64,000 bases of DNA, taken from NCBI GenBank assembly GCA_004431415.1, contig QPMI01000174.1, forward strand, positions 115,209-179,208, written 5' to 3'. Positions 24,308-36,586 of this stretch are shown here, one piece after another. This DNA comes from Cyanophora paradoxa CCMP329. Taxonomy: Eukaryota > Plantae > Glaucophyta. The translations under genes were made by a program, and so were the position numbers. Below the pieces are notes generated by a model, which saw only the letters and a list, made by a program, of their open reading frames with translations, was not told where the DNA came from and ran no database searches. Within the stretch, counting starts at the first letter, position 1; each line of letters starts with the position of its first letter.

Positions 24308-24689
24308 TCCGCTCCCGTGTACATACACACCGGGCTCGGCGCCCCCGCGCCACCCACCCACCCTTTTTCTCCGTCGAGCGCTTGTAGGGATTCCCCTCGC
24401 CGAGGCCGAGCGGGGGTTGCCTGGCCTCCTCGCCCGGACGCCCCCAATCTCGGCGCGTGTTGCTGCAGTGCAAAGTAGGCTGTGCGAGTGACCGCAATGA
24501 GACTAGAACGTGATGCTCGAGCCCATCCTGCCATCCTGTTCCCCTCGAGCCACGCCGGCGTTCGACTTTTCCGGAGCTCGTCGGCGATCGCGAGGCCGCC
24601 CAGCCAAGGCCGGGAGCCCCCCCACATTATCATTGCAACTCGGCCCCGGGACTTGAGCTTCAATGCGCAGTTGTACTTCGCAGGCTATA

Positions 24690-27600
24690 ATCAAGCGGGA
24701 CCCTCGTTGGCGGGGGGCCGGGCGGGGCCCCCGGCCGCGGAGGGGCGGGCGCGGGGCGGGCGGCGGGCGGCGGCGGGGCGCCAGCGCGCCGCCTTGATCC
24801 ACGTGGTGGTGTCCCAGTCCCAGAAGGCCGGCGCGTGCGCGCCCCTGCGCCGCCCTTCAAAAACACGGCAAGTACGAGTTTGGCTTAGGTGCGGGCGGGC
24901 GCGGCACCTCCGGGCCTTGTCCCAGGCGGCGAGCGAGGCCATCGCGGCGTCCAAGTCCCCGAGCGAGAGGCCGAAGGCGGCGCCGGGGGCGGCGGCGGCG
25001 GCGGGGGCCCCCGCCGTGGAGCAGAGCGCCAGCAGCGAGCAGGTCCCGAACTGAGCGCAGGGCGCCTCGGGGGGTGCCAGGAGCTCGAGCGCGGCGCGGA
25101 GGGGTACGGCGCACGTCGGCCCGGAAGGCCAGGGTGGGGGCGGAGCCCGCGGGGGCCACCTTGCCCCCGGCCCCGCTGCAGGGGTACGTCGGCACTGAGA
25201 TCCGTGGGCAGGCGGCGAAGGGGGGTACCTTGCGGCCCGAACGAGGGCCTCCTCGTCGTAGTTGCGGGGTAGGCGGAGCGCCAGGACGGCGGCGTACCCC
25301 CCGCGGGCCGCTATCGCCAGCTCCTCGACCGAGGTCGAGCCGAGGGGCAGGGCCCGAATCGCGTCCTTCTCCCCGTACCCGGCTCCCCCCCAGGGCGGGT
25401 CCAGGAAGATCACGTCCTGGGGTACGTCTCAGAGAAGGGGGGAGGAGGAAGGGGGTTCGCGCGAACCTGGCGGAGGTCGCGCCAGAGGGCCGAGTAGTCC
25501 CCCGCGAGAACCTGGCGCGTGGGAGGGGGGGGGGGGGGGGGGGGAGGGGACGAGAAGGACGCTCGGACGGCTCGGACGGCTGAGAGAGAAGTGACGAGCA
25601 GACCTCGAAGTCCGCGGAGGGCGGGAGGAGGAGGCGGAGGTTGTGGCGCAGGTCGGCGGCGCGCGAGGCGTCCACCTGCAACAGGCGTCTGGCTCTGGCT
25701 GTAGGCGTCCAGGGCTCAACCAAGGGGGAATACCTCGACGGCGGTGAGGCGGGCGAAGCAGCGGGCGAGGGCGGCCGCGCAGCCGCCGGCGCACGCGGCT
25801 CCGTCGGTGACGCGGAGGGGCAGGGGCAGGGGCGCGGGGCCGTCCTCGGGGCGCTGCTGGGTCCGGAGGAGGGCGGGGCGGCAGAGGGCGGCCAGGAAGG
25901 AGGCCATCGCCGCCGCCGACGGCTGCGCATGCCGCGCCGCCCAAAGTCAGCGCGGCGGACGAGGAGGAGGAGTACGCAGGCGGCTTCGAGTGCTCGCGCG
26001 CGCCTCGTCGGCCACAGAGTAGGAGGCCTCCTGGTCGATCCGCAGCCCCGCGCGCACCTGCCAGCTCGAGAGAATGAGCAAGCTAACGCTCCAAGAAAGA
26101 GAGATAGAGAGATGGAGGGAAGCGCGGCGGGGTGTCCGCGGCGGGTTGTCCGGGAACGAAAGGAAGGCGGGGAAGAAATGGAGAGACGTCAGAAGGGGCG
26201 GGTGGGGGCACCTCGAAGGGCTGCCACGGGAAGAGGGCGTCGGCGCGCCCGGCCGTGTGCGAGAGCCGTACTGCCGCTCCTCCCAGCACCTGCGCGGGGC
26301 GGGTCCGGCCCGTTGGCACCCGCAGCGGAAAGGGGCGGCGCGGGGCGGCGGGGAGGGGCCGGAGCCGAGCCGAGCCGAGCTTGCCGCCCATTAAGCGAAA
26401 TTGAAAGCTGATTGAGGTTGTGAGCTGGAGGCTTCTCGGGGGCTCACGAGCTTCCCGTCGAGGTCGGCGATGGCGCGGTCTGGGGCCGAGGGGTCCGCCG
26501 GGCGGAGCCAGACGTGCGCCCACCCGAGCAGCCTGCGCCGCACCCGCGCCCCCGCATCCTCACCCGAAGCGGGGGCGAGAGAGAGAGAGAGAGAGAGAGG
26601 GAGGCGACGCACCGGCCGGCGATGCCCACCGCGAACTTGACTACAGCCGAAAAGGGGTGAGCGTGGGGCCGGGCGGGAAGCGGCGAACTGGGGGACCGGG
26701 GAGGGGGCCGGCGCACGGCGGGCGACCTGGCCGTAGGGCGCGAGGGCCGCGCGCAGCTGCCCGTTGTAGGCCCGCTGCCGCGCCCGCAGCGCCGCGGGGG
26801 GCCCCGGCCCGGCCCCTGCCCCCGCGCCGCGGCGTCAGACGAGCGGAGTGAGTGGAGCTGGAGAATGCGCACCACCGCGGCTCCCGCCACGGCCTCGGAT
26901 CGCTGAGCCCGGGCGTCGCCGGAGCTCGAGGCGGCGGCGACGGCGCTGCCCGGCGCCGGCGGCTCGGAGTCCAGCCCGGAGACGAAGAGGACGGCCAGGC
27001 TCGCCTCCTTCTCCAGCGTCGCCATGCCCCTCCTCGCCCCGCGCCCCCGCCCCGGCTCGCCCTCGAGCCCCCGAGCCGCCTCCCCCGCCTCCTCCGCTTC
27101 CTCCGCCTCCCCGCCCGCCTCAGCCCCGTGCTTGCCCCCGGGGGCTCCTCCGCACGCCCCCTGGGCCGGCTGGGGAACCGCGGCTGCCGCGCCCGCGGCC
27201 GCCGGCCGCAACGCGCGCCGTGTGCCCCACTGCACGATCGGCTGCCCAAACGCCAGGGGGTACGCCGCCCCAACGGCCGCCCGCGCCTCCTCCGGCGTGG
27301 GGTGCCGCCGCGGGCAGCCCGGCGCGCCGCAGCCGCCCCGCGACACGCCCAGGGCCTTCCGCAGCTCCGTGCTGCACATGTCGCCCTCCACGTGCAGCTT
27401 CCCGCACGGCGCCGCCGCGCCCGCCGCCGACGCGGCGGCCGCCGCCTCGCCCGCGATCCGCCGGCAGGCCGCGGCGACCTCGGGGCCGGAGCGGAGGGTC
27501 TGGCGCTCGCGGGAGGAGACGGTGCAGTCCACGAGGGTGACGGTGCCCTCCGCGACCTCGCGCGAGCCGATCTCGACGCGGGCCGGGACGTGCCGCTCCT

Positions 27601-28076
27601 CGTGGCGGTTGAACTGCGCCGCGCGCTCTCGGGCCGGCGCGCAGTTTAGGCGGGGGACTTGAATCCTCGGACCTTGTAGCCGGGGCAGCGGCGGAGGTCC
27701 ACGTCGGCCTCGACGCGGAGCCCGGCGGCCTCGAGCAGAGCCGCCTCCCGCTCGCACGCGCCCACGATCGCCCGCGTCGCCTCGTCCGTCGCCGAGCTGT
27801 ACACGATCGGCACGATCACGATCTGCGCGTGCGCATCAGCGCGAGCAGAGCGCGCGGGTCATCGAGCGCGGGCGGGAGGGCGGGCGATCGAGCAGCACCT
27901 CCGGCCCCGCTTTTTAGATACACGCATTTGCGCACCTCGGGCCTTGCGCCGAGGGAGCGCGCGAGGCAGTCGATGCCGTCCAGCGCATCCCAGCACACGA
28001 TCGAGTTCACAGCCGCCACGCGTCCGCCTCCATCGAGCACCGCGGCCGCGTTGAGCCGCGCGGGGCCGCGAGGCAT
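24690..28076 (-). CDS. Multidomain RNA methyltransferase: ProRS-like anticodon-binding domain + RRM + TGS1-like cap guanine-N2 methyltransferase
   Basis: IVIVPIV..GLRVEAD..FNRHEERHVPARVEIGSRE; VLFVSGL..LRAALAPYGQV..GWAHVWL..RAIADLDG; LRIDQEASYSV, VTDGAACAGG, DVIFLDPPWGG. 3' end approximate. Confidence 0.7.
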
Positions 28077-28195
28077 GGGAAGTTGGGAACGACAGCGCCT
28101 GGCAGTTGCAATACCCGGTACCCGTCTCAGACTTCAGAGAAGTTCAGACTTGCAGCTCAGACTTCAAGCGCTCGCGTCGACGTCTGCCAGACCCG

Positions 28196-29948
28196 ATGAG
28201 AAAGCGCTCGCGCCTTGAGATCAGCGAGGCCGAGCCGTCTGCGTCGGAGTCGTCGGCCGCGCCGGATGCGCCGGCGGATGCAGACGAAGGAGATGAGCGC
28301 TCGCCTTTTGACGAGCTGCCCGATAATGTGCTACACACCATCTTCGAGTTCGTCGGGCCGCGCACCTTCTTCGCCGACTTCGCGCGGCTCGCCCTCGTCT
28401 GTCGGCGCTGGCGGGAAGTCAGCGCCAACTGGCTCGTGCGCCCCGCGCCCGCCGCCGTCGCCAGACGCCGCTCACGCGCGCTCTCCGCAGGGGCCGCTTT
28501 ACACTGTGGACCTAAGGCGCGGGTGGTACGGCCCGCCGCGCAGCCGCTCCTTCGAGGGCCTGCTGGGGTTCCTGCGGCGGCGGGCCGCCGGCACGGAGAA
28601 GGCGCACCTCTCGTGCTTCCCGTGCCTCCTGGCCCCGCAGATCTTCGACATTCTGGGGACGCTGCCGAACCTCCGCTACCTCTCGGTCTCCCTCTCGGGC
28701 CTCCGCAGCGCCCACCTCTGCCTCGAGCACCCGACGCTGCGGAAGCTCAAGGCCCGCCGCCCCGCGCCGGAAGCTCCCGCCGCGCCCTCGACGCCGCTCG
28801 CGCGCAGATCTTCGATGCGCCGGACTTCCTCACCTGGGTCAACGCCTTCCCCTTCAACGTCGTGCGCCGCCGGCCCCGCCGCCCGCCGCCCGCCGCCGCT
28901 TCGACGCCGGGGCAGGGCGACCTCTTCCACCTCGAGCTGCGCACGCCGTGCCTGGAGGTGCGCCGCGCGCCCGCCCGCGCGCTCGAGCTCGCATCGGGCC
29001 GGCCCGCCGACGGGCGGCGCGCGCAGACCCTCTGGCTGCCCGCGTACGTCTGCGACGCGCCGGGCTGGCCCGCCCGCGTCTTCGGCGGCTGCCCCCGCCT
29101 CCGCTGCCTCGACCTGAGGCCCGCCCCGCCCCGCGCCGGCCCGCCCCGCCCCGCCCCGCCCGGCCTCACGCGGCGGGGGGCGGGCAGCGACGTGTCGGCG
29201 TCGCGCCCGCGGCGGCGCGAGTTCACCGTCTACGACTTGGTCGACGTCGCCCGCCACTGCGGCGGTGCGACCCGCCGCCCCCGCCCCCGCCCCCGCCTCC
29301 GCCCGTGAGTGGGCCCCTCCTGCTGCGACAGGCCTCGAGGACCTGATCATGCGGCCCGAGACGGACTACCTCGCCTTCGCCTCCTCCCTGGGCCTCTTCG
29401 AGAACCTCACCAGGCGCCCGCGCCCGCGCCCACGCCGGCGCCCCTTTCCGCCCTCACGGCGCCCGGCAGCCTGGACATGAGGGACGTGGCGCCGCGGGAC
29501 GCGGAGAGGCTCCTGCGCGACTGGGTCGCCCCCCGGCTCGCCGCGAAGAAGGAGGACGCGCGGCTGCCGCCGCTCCGCCTGAAGGAGCTCGCCCTCTGCT
29601 ACGGCGCCGACGCCGCCGTGCTCCGCGCCGCCGCCGCCGCCGCCGCGCCGCACTGCCGCGTCCTCGCCATCTACCCGCTCCACCCCTCCGTCTCCAAGGA
29701 GCAGGCGGGCGCTGCGCCGGCGGCCCCCCCGCGGTCCGAGCTGAGCGGGCCGGGGCGCAGGTGTGGGAGCTGCTGGGCCAGCTCCCCGCCCTTGCGGATC
29801 TCTTCATCGTCACGGACACCTCCCCGGCCCCGGAGCCCGAGCCCGAGCCCGAGCCGGCCGCCCCCGTGCACACATCCCAGCCCGCCCCGCCCCGCCCCGC
29901 CCCGACCCCGCTTACCCTCGTCCCGCCGCAGCCAGCGCCGGCTCCGCC

Positions 29949-30016
<68 letters not shown>

Positions 30017-30918
30017 CCCTCGCCGCCCCCGCGCCGCCAACCCCGGCCCCCGCGGCCGCCCCGCCGGGCGCCCCCGCCGCGGCGCCCGACGCGCCAGCGG
30101 AGCGGCGCCTCCTCTCAGTGGAGATGGCGGAGCTCCCGCCGCTCCCCGCGCTGCGGCGGCTCTCGCTCATGGGGGCCGCCCTGGGCCCCCGCGAGGCCGC
30201 CCGCCTACCCGTCCTCTCCCGCCTCACCGCCCTCGACCTCGGCCAGTGCTTCCTCCCGGACTCCCTGTGCCCCACTCCCTCTCCCCCCCGGGCCCCCCGT
30301 ACCCTCCGCCTGACGCCCCGCAGGATGCCGGCGCTGTGCGCGGCTATCGCCCCCTCGCCCCTCGAGTCCCTCTCCGTCGCCTTCTGCACGTGCGGCCCCG
30401 GCCGCGCTGCCTCCCCGCTTCTCTGCCCGCCCCGTGACCCCGCCCCGCCCGGCGCAGGGGCCTCACGGGGGCCGGGCACGCGCCCCTCGTCGCGTGCCGC
30501 CGCCTCAAGCGGCTAGTGTACGGCTGGACCGAGAGCGATGCCACCCGCGGCTGGGCCGCCCAGGCCCGTTCCTACCCCCGTCTTTCCCACCGCGCCCCTT
30601 TGATAGATAGTGACGGGCGCGCGGGCCGGGCAGGTGGATGCGGTGCGGCGGGCGATGCCGTACACGCGCTTCGTGTCGAAGATGCGGCACGAGCAGCCGG
30701 ACTTCATGCTCGCCGGCGGGCCCGTCCCGCCCCTCCCACCCGGCCCGGAAGAAGAAGACGAGGAGGAGGATGATGAGGAGGAGGACGAGGAGGGCTCCGA
30801 GGGGGACCATCCCGGCCAGGAGGGTGACGAAGAGGACGAAGAGGGCGAGCAGGCAGAGGCAGAGGAGGAGGACGAAGAAGCGGAGGAGGGGGGCGGCGGC
30901 CCCATCGCGCCGTGGTAG
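28196..30918 (+). CDS. F-box / leucine-rich repeat protein with polyQ tract and acidic tail
   Basis: FDELPDNVLHTIFEFV..LALVCRRWREVS F-box; LRR segments LPNLRYLSVS, CPRLRCLDL, LRRLSL, LTALDLGQC. Confidence 0.85.
29950..30015 (+). repeat. (CAG)22 coding microsatellite
   Basis: Pure CAG run encoding polyQ. Confidence 0.95.
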
Positions 30919-31052
30919 CGGCGCGCCTGCATGTGTACCTCTCTCTGAATTCGATCCCTGCCTATAACATGTACGCTGTGCTACGCTAGCGTCTCCTAGC
31001 TAAGAGTGTCCGGGGCGGGCGGCCGCTGCACGCCCGGGCACCGCGGAGGAGG

Positions 31053-31517
31053 TCATTCCTGCCGCTGCTTCTTCGACTTCTGCTGCTGGGGGGCCGGCTG
31101 GCCGCCCTTCCGCCCCTTCTGCGGCTGGGGCCGCTTCTTCGTCTCGCCGTCGCTCTCCTCGTTCTCCTCGCCGAAGTTCTGCTCCAGCTTCTTGTCTGCG
31201 AAGGCAGGGCGTTCAATCTTCTTCGCGCTCCTCGCCGAACAGCTCTTCGTCGACTGCGCGGCCCGGCCTAAGCGCTGCGGCCCGGACCTAGCTCGCCCCA
31301 TGTCAATCGTACCTTCGACGCCCGCAGCGTTCGTCGCCGCCCGCTGCGAGGCGAGCATCGCCTCCAGCTTCTTCATCGTCGCGTCCCGGATCTCGGAGCA
31401 GCCTGCAACAACAGCCGCCATGGCCTCCTTGTGCGCGGCCGGCAAAGGCTCGGCGGGCGTCGAGGCAAACTCCAGCGACTCCCCGCCCGTCGAGAGAGTG
31501 CCCCGCACGACTGCCAT
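31053..31517 (-). CDS. Small hypothetical protein (possibly GON7-like)
   Basis: Coding-like ORF with one probable intron; helical segment followed by acidic and basic tail. Confidence 0.5.
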   Translation of the reverse strand: MAVVRGTLSTGGESLEFASTPAEPLPAAHKEAMAAVVAGCSEIRDATMKKLEAMLASQRAATNAAGVEGTIDMGRARSGPQRLGRAAQSTKSCSARSAKKIERPAFADKKLEQNFGEENEESDGETKKRPQPQKGRKGGQPAPQQQKSKKQRQE

Positions 31518-31688
31518 GCGCGCCCCAACACGCCGATCGCTTCTCGTGCGCTGTACCCCTCTTCAGCCCACCGACGCCACCGTCGTCGTCACACCGAGCA
31601 CTTCCCACTGCCATATCCTCTACGACACTACGGCAACGCACCTGCAGCGCACTACACACCCCACCTGAAAAAAGCCAAGGAGCCCAAC

Positions 31689-33279
31689 ATGGGGCTCGGC
31701 AGGCGAGCGTCCGTGGGCACGCTTGCGGGCTCAATTACGTCTACGCAAATTCCAAGGAGGCCAAGGCTCAACGACCTCGCTGAAGAGTTTGATCTCTCGT
31801 CGAAGTTGGTACGCAAAGCTAAGCGCTAAGAGCTAAATCACAGAGAGCTAACGCAGGAACCCACAGAAAACCCTCGAACTTCAGCGTGTGAAGCGGTGCG
31901 CCGGCTCGGTACTGCCCCTTGCACATCCCCCTTGCGCGCTGACCCGCTGGCCTTCCTGCAGCGTGCTCGTCGGCCAGTACGGTCTGCGGATGATCCGGTC
32001 GTGCTTCTCAATGCCCGCGCCGAACTTTGTCCTCGCAGACGACGCGGCGGCGCTGCGACATCAGGCGGCGGAGCTGCGGACGACGGTGAAGGTGGCCACG
32101 AAGGAGGACGGCCTCGCGCGGCAGGAGAGGGAGAAGAAGCGCGTGGAGCGCGACGAGGCGCAGCTGCGGCAGACGTTCCAGGCCGAGTGGGCCGAGAAGT
32201 TCCGGGAATTCGAGATGCAGTGCGAGCAGCGCCTGGAGGAGCTTAAGGCGCGCCGCCCGCATTCGCGCGGGGGGCTCGGCGCTTCACGCGGCGCCCCGCA
32301 GGAGTCGCAAGCGCGAGAGCGCGCGGAGGCCGAGCGGACAGTGGGGTCCCGGAGGATTGGCCCGCCCAAGTGCGCCGCCCAAGTCGCGGCCGCGCGGGCC
32401 GCCGCCGCCGCCGACGCGCGTTGCGCAGGTGGTCACCGCAGATCCTGGCGATGATCGACCTGGAGAAGAAGCTGGCGGACCAGCACTACTACGGGGAGGC
32501 CAAGGAGGTCCGCCGGCGCCTCGAGCTGGCCATGGAGGCCGAGGGCGCAAAGCACGAGGCGCGCGACAAAGGCCAGATCGAGCGCTTCTGGAGGCGCGCG
32601 CGCCTCCGCCCGCGCGCCGTCGCGCAGGCCCCTTCTCAGGCCCGGCGGCGCAGGAACCTGGACAAAAAGCACGAGGACGAGCAGAAGAACATGCTGCGGC
32701 GAAACCTCACCCTAAGGAAGAAGGTGCAGCCGCCGCCCCGCAATTCCCTTCGCTCTCTCCGACGGCCGACCCGTACCCGGCGCCCCTGCAGGTTGTCCAG
32801 GAGCGGGATTGGGCCCTGGAGCAGTGCGACCCGTCCCCGCCGGCGGCCCACCCCCCTCTCCCTCGCCCCCCCTCCCCCGCTGTCTCTTAGAACGCGGCCT
32901 GACGCCGGGGCCGCCCGCCCCGCAGGTTGGAGAAGCGCGTCGCGAGCATACGGCAGGTGGGCTCTCCACGCCTCGCCCTCGCCCTCGGAAACGCCGAGGC
33001 CGACGCCCGGGCGGGGCGGCAGGGCTTGGAGCACGTGCACAGGATCGAGGCGCAGGCGCTTGACAACGACATGCTGCGAGAGACGCTCGCCGCCGCGTGC
33101 GCCCCGCCTGAGCGCTTGAGTGTATGGGCATCGTCTGAGGCGGCCGTGCATGCAGTTCGCGGACGCGGACGCTGGCGGCGACGGCGCGCGCCGCGGGGAG
33201 CTCGAGGGGGGCCACGGGGAGCTCGAGGGGGGCCACGGGGAGCCTCTCCACGACCCTGCCCCGCCTCGGCACCCGGTAG
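31689..33279 (+). CDS. Coiled-coil protein (uncharacterised)
   Basis: E/K/R/Q-rich heptad exons, e.g. SPQILAMIDLEKKLADQHYYGEAKEV. Confidence 0.7.
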
Positions 33280-34089
33280 CGCCAGCTCCTTGTGTGCCTT
33301 CAATTCCGTTTGGCAGACTAGATTTCAAACTTCAAGCTTGTAAGTTTTCGAATGGAGCCCGGAGCGCACGTGATACGATACATCATATGCAAGAAAGCAC
33401 ACATCCGCTGTCCGGCGCATACATATGCATCCAGCAAGCATGCGCAATCAATTTGCAATATTGCATGCACGTATACGTAGTGAAGTCTGAAATAGCCGGG
33501 GGGTGAACGCCGTCAGGGTACAGGCTCACCGGAGCGCACAGCTTGAGCGCGCCTGATCTTCGGAGTCCGGCCGTTGCGCTTCAACGCCAGCGCGTCCGCC
33601 ACAACACCGGCTGTAATTTCCGGCGATACTAGCGAACACCTGTCAGGCGTTGACCGCAGGTCAGCCCCGGTCTTTTGAAACCCGCATCCCGTGGCAAGGT
33701 CCGTTGCGCCGTGCCGCTTCCACCAGCGACCCCGTCTTGTATCACTTGTTGTTTCCCTTTAGCGTTGACGGTCTCCCCTCCGCAGGTTGCCGGGCCCCCT
33801 CGGCGCGCGCCTTCACATCGGCCGGCACATCTGGCCGCCTGCCCCTCGCTCGGATTCGGATCAAGACGATGACAGAGGTTGGATTTGCCCCTGCCGCCCC
33901 CGACGCGCCATCGCCGATGCGCTCGCGTGTGCGCAGGTCGCTTCAGTGGCGCCGCTGGAGCGCTGCTTCGATCACGCAGCTCTGTCCAACCCAAACAAAC
34001 ATAAGAAGACACAGTCCTTTGAAAACCCGGCGGCGAATTGGCGGCAAGTCAGCTTAGAGACCCTTTTCGCGGCCGCTGGCAATGCAATC

Positions 34090-35845
34090 ATGGTAAGTTG
34101 TTCAATCCTTCGCGCGCAACAAGATGATCGCGCCTGACCGCCTTTGCACAGCCCGCACCGCCCCCGATCCCGGCGGCCGCCGTCCTGCACAACCTGAGCT
34201 CTTCTATTCTGGAGTGCCACGCATCTTGCGAGTTTCGCAAGGAGGTGATGTTCGGAGATCCGCAGCAGGGACCGGCCCAGGAAAATGGACCCTCGTCCTC
34301 GGCGTCCTCGGAGGCGGGAAGCGACCCGAACACGCCCCAGAAGAACCGCTTGAAGGCGCAGCACAGGCGGATCGCCAGCGAGCCGCCTCCATACTTCACG
34401 CAGAAGGTGATGGCCGCAGCTGCGTCCATCGCCGCGGCCACTGGCGGCCCGCCGGTTGCGGATTGCACGTCGAAGCCGCCGCCCTTCGCGCCGGCGATGC
34501 GCGCGGCGTTCGGTCTTCCCCCACCGATGTTCGACGGACTTCTCGGCCTTCCGCCGCCGTGGGGCATCTTCCCGCCGCAGCTCGTGCAGTGGGCGGAGAT
34601 CGCCTACTTCGCGGCCATCTCCCACCAGTTCCCCATGAAGGCCTCCGAGCAAGCGCCGCCGCCGCAGACGCCGCCGGTCGGCTGCAAGATGTCTCCCCGG
34701 CAGGCTCTCCACTCGAACCTCTCAATCGCGGATTTGATCCGCCAGGGCTTCTCCCTCGAGAGCGAGTCGGACGCCCCTCCCGTGCCGGAGCAGCCTGCTC
34801 CAGCAGCATCTGCGCCCGCCACTGCCCCGGCGGCGAATCCCGCGCCGGCCGCCTCGCCCGCCTTGGCGCCCGTCCCGGCCCCGGAGGCGCAGCCTGCCCA
34901 GACCCCCACCGAGGGTGACCGCCGAGGCTCCCTTAACCCATTCCTTTCTTCGTCCTCCGTGCAGCCTGCCGCGGCTTCGGCTCCCGGCGTCGCTGCGCGC
35001 GCCGTGCAGCCCGCGGAGCAGCAGCCGCCGCAGCCGCAGCCGCAGCCGGCCGCGACGCTGTCACCCACGCTGTCCGCCGCGCCGATGCCGACGTCGAACG
35101 CGTCCTCGCCTCTGGCGCGCAGCGGCTCCTCTTCCTCCACCGTCTCCGGCGCCTCGCTACCCTCGCTTGCCTCCGCCTCCTCTGCCTCGACCTCCACCTC
35201 GGCCGGCTCCGGTGGCGAGTCCGCCTCCCCCCTCCCCTCGCCCGCCGTGAAGCCGGCGCCGGCGCCGCCCGTGCCGGCGGCGACGGCGGCACCCGCACCC
35301 GCATCCGCGGCACTCTCGGCGCCGGCCGCGCCGGGGCAGGTGCAGATCCTGCGGCGGTCGGGCGCCCCTCCGGGGCTGTCGAGCCCCGGCATGCGGCGCG
35401 TGCAATCGGAGTGCGAGCTGTCGCGCGTGGACGAGGGCAGCGACGAGATGACCAGCTACATGTGCAAGGTGCCGGCGCCGATCTCTTTCTGACTGCCGCT
35501 GCGGCGCTGACGCGGTGCGCGCAGGTGGCTCCCGAGAAGGACCAGCTGGCGGCGATCGTGCAGCAGCAGCAGATGGAGCTCGAGCGCCGGAACAGCGAGC
35601 GCCAGCGCCGCCTGCGCGAGATCCTCGGGGCCTCCTCGCCCTCCTCGACACCCATCCCGCCTCCGTTCCTTATTCTGCCCCGTCCGACGGCCACCACGAG
35701 CCCGGCGCCCGTCTCCCCGGCGCCAGCGGCGGGCGGCGGCCTCGCCCCCCCGGCCGCGGAGGAGTCGAGCGCCAGCAGCTCGTCGAGCTCGCTGGCGGCT
35801 TCTCCAGTGAAGTCGTTCCACCGCCGCGGCTACTCCATGAGCTGA
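34090..35845 (+). CDS. Low-complexity Pro/Ser/Ala-rich hypothetical protein
   Basis: ATG followed by GTAAGT intron, long exon, RRxxS motifs (HRRIASE, RRVQSE, HRRGYS), short coiled coil. Confidence 0.65.
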
Positions 35846-36586
35846 CCAGCCGGCCCGTCCTCGCGACTGTTGCCCAACTCGAGCAACCTGTAAACTGCTG
35901 CTCGTAGGCCTCGCCAGGCGTGCCGTACCGTTTTTTTCCTTTGCTTTTCTTTTGCGAGAGGGTTTATCACCATGTGGCCAGAGCTTATCGAGATGTTGCC
36001 TGCATCCGCCTCTCCATTCCTTTTTCTTACCGTGATGATGTATTTCTTTATGCTCGTATTATGAAAACCGCACTCTTCCCAGCATGCCAGCATGCATGCG
36101 CATCCGGATCCGGCCACGGCTCGCGATCAAGCTGCACGCGTACGGTCGCGGGTTCTACTCCGGCATTGTCCTTTTTGGCGAGTCAAAGCGCCCTATAGCG
36201 CCAGCAAAGGTGCTTCGGCGTCTCAGCACTACCTCCGGTATTGCATCTATCTGCCACATCGTTTCTGCGACATCAGCTTCGCACGTGCCCGATTTGTACT
36301 GGCCGGCAACGTTCGGTCGGAGCGGCTGGTGTGCACGTGGGATCTTAGAGCCAGCTCCCGCGTAGATTCTCTCCGTTGTTCTCAAACTGCTTGATCCGCG
36401 CTGCACCTTTCCGCCTGTGCCAGCACGCCCTAGGTCGGATCGCGGCCTGGAAGTAGCTCCAGGCTCGCAACAGAGCGCATCTGCTTAGCATACCAGCCTT
36501 TACGTTACCGGCCTATCGCGGCAAGCGCGCATCAGTGGAGCAAGGAGGTCGGCGCGCCTACAGCGTCGCCGCTTACGGCCTTGCGG

